Part shown: one piece after another, positions 62,849-64,000 of the stretch
Layout: every line of letters begins with the position of its first letter
Position numbering within the stretch: position 1 is the stretch's first letter
Origin: Podarcis cretensis
Lineage: Eukaryota
Length of the DNA: 64,000 nucleotides
Assembly (NCBI GenBank): GCA_951804945.1
Contig: OX638154.1
Location: forward strand, 60,078,001-60,142,000
Direction: 5' to 3'
The notes under the pieces: generated by a model
Told to the model about the DNA's origin: nothing
What the model saw: the letters and a program-made list of their open reading frames with translations, nothing else
The model's database searches: none
Position numbers and translations under genes: made by a program

Positions 62849-64000
62849 ATAGAGAGAAAGTGAACGTTTACTTCACGCGTGGTGTTTTCTTGTTGTTTCT
62901 AGGTCTGCATGTATGCCTGCATGATGTAGCAGTTGGTGTATGGCAATTTTACATGTATATTTATTGATATAATACTAAAAATATGACAAATTTTCTCTAT
63001 CTTTTCCCATCATAAATAAAAAATAAAAATTCTAAATCCATTTCTTTGCATGCTTGATAAGATTGGCAAATCTCCACAATAAAAGTGTTGTATTGTTTTG
63101 TATTTTCCATACTCAGTTGCTTTTGTTGGGTAAGCTGCAAATATGGCAGAGAATCAGCTATTTTACGTCAGAGTGGCTGGGGTTTTCTTTCTCTCCCCCC
63201 CCCCCCCCCCAGTTTTTAATTAGCCTGCCATTTTGTGTTAGAAAGTTGACGGATTATATAGTCAGCTGATTATGTTTCCAGCCACATTTTCAGCACTAAT
63301 AATACACACCACTGGCTTGCTCCTGATCAGAAGCAGATTCTGCAAGGAGCCCAAATGACAGTATGTTAGGCAATTACATGGAAATGAAAAGCTTTTTCAC
63401 TTTCATTTATGGCCTTTCTATAATGGGAAAGTTCCCCTGCAGGATAAAATTCCTTCTTGTTTATAGGTTTATTCATTTTCTCTTTGAATGCAAAAATAAC
63501 TGGTTATTGGGGCTATTTAGTTGATAGAGCACTTAGTAGGAACAGACTTTGTTGACAAATAATGGCAGGAGGAAGTTTTAATAGCCGTGAAGCAAAGAAA
63601 CCTAGAATGGATGTGGGGGTTGGGGAGTCACATAAAGGTTGGGCAGACCTAACACAATGGTTGGCCAACCCAAGCACACAAAACTCTTGGACGCTACAAA
63701 CAAGGGTTTTGCTATAGATTGCCCTCTGTCATTGTGTTTCATTTTGTTTTTATTTTATTTTACATCACTTGAAGCAGCAGGAACTTGGCTTGTAGACAGA
63801 GGGAGAAATGAGTGGGGCTAGGTTAAAAGTCACAATCAAAAGTATATGCGATCTACATGTTAAAATTATGTGACTGATGAAATTACTTTTCTTAACGCGC
63901 CGGGCCTTACGTATTGTCTTAGCCTGCTATACAACTTAGCATTTTGAAGAATGTCCTCAAAGTCCTGAAGGACAGAACCTACAACTGGCAGGAGTAGGCC

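Noticed and set aside
56466-64000. Search for the PLPP3 upstream exon (…RGFYCNDESIKYP…)
   Set aside because: No matching sequence found by eye; it probably lies beyond the window.

Overview
Vertebrate (squamate, most likely lacertid lizard, judged from the Sauria SINEs) genomic DNA with two assembly gaps. The right part holds the 3' portion of PLPP3 (PPAP2B/LPP3, phospholipid phosphatase 3) on the minus strand. Four coding exons are present (56182-56465, 55079-55136, 46528-46704, 40622-40747; 645 nt, 214 aa plus stop). All splice junctions are GT-AG and in frame. They are followed by a 3' UTR of about 2.1 kb. The first two coding exons were not found and presumably lie beyond position 64000. 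Positions 1-38.5 kb are downstream intergenic DNA rich in transposon remnants (Sauria SINEs, tRNA/CR1-tail SINEs, CR1, L2, Penelope-like, a solo LTR, hAT/Tigger/Harbinger-type MITEs) and microsatellites, with a few candidate enhancers. The most notable observations are: four SINEs sharing one CR1-derived tail but carrying three different tRNA heads (Ile, Lys, Asn); loss of the RGD/RGE integrin motif in LPP3; a proximal poly(A) signal that would exclude a miR-92-family site and a SINE insertion; a scrambled target-site-derived array at a SINE 5' junction; a solo LTR with a CTCF-like site; and a 63-bp-arm intronic hairpin. Family and ortholog comparisons are from memory, not database searches. 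No prokaryotic-type system or CRISPR array is present.
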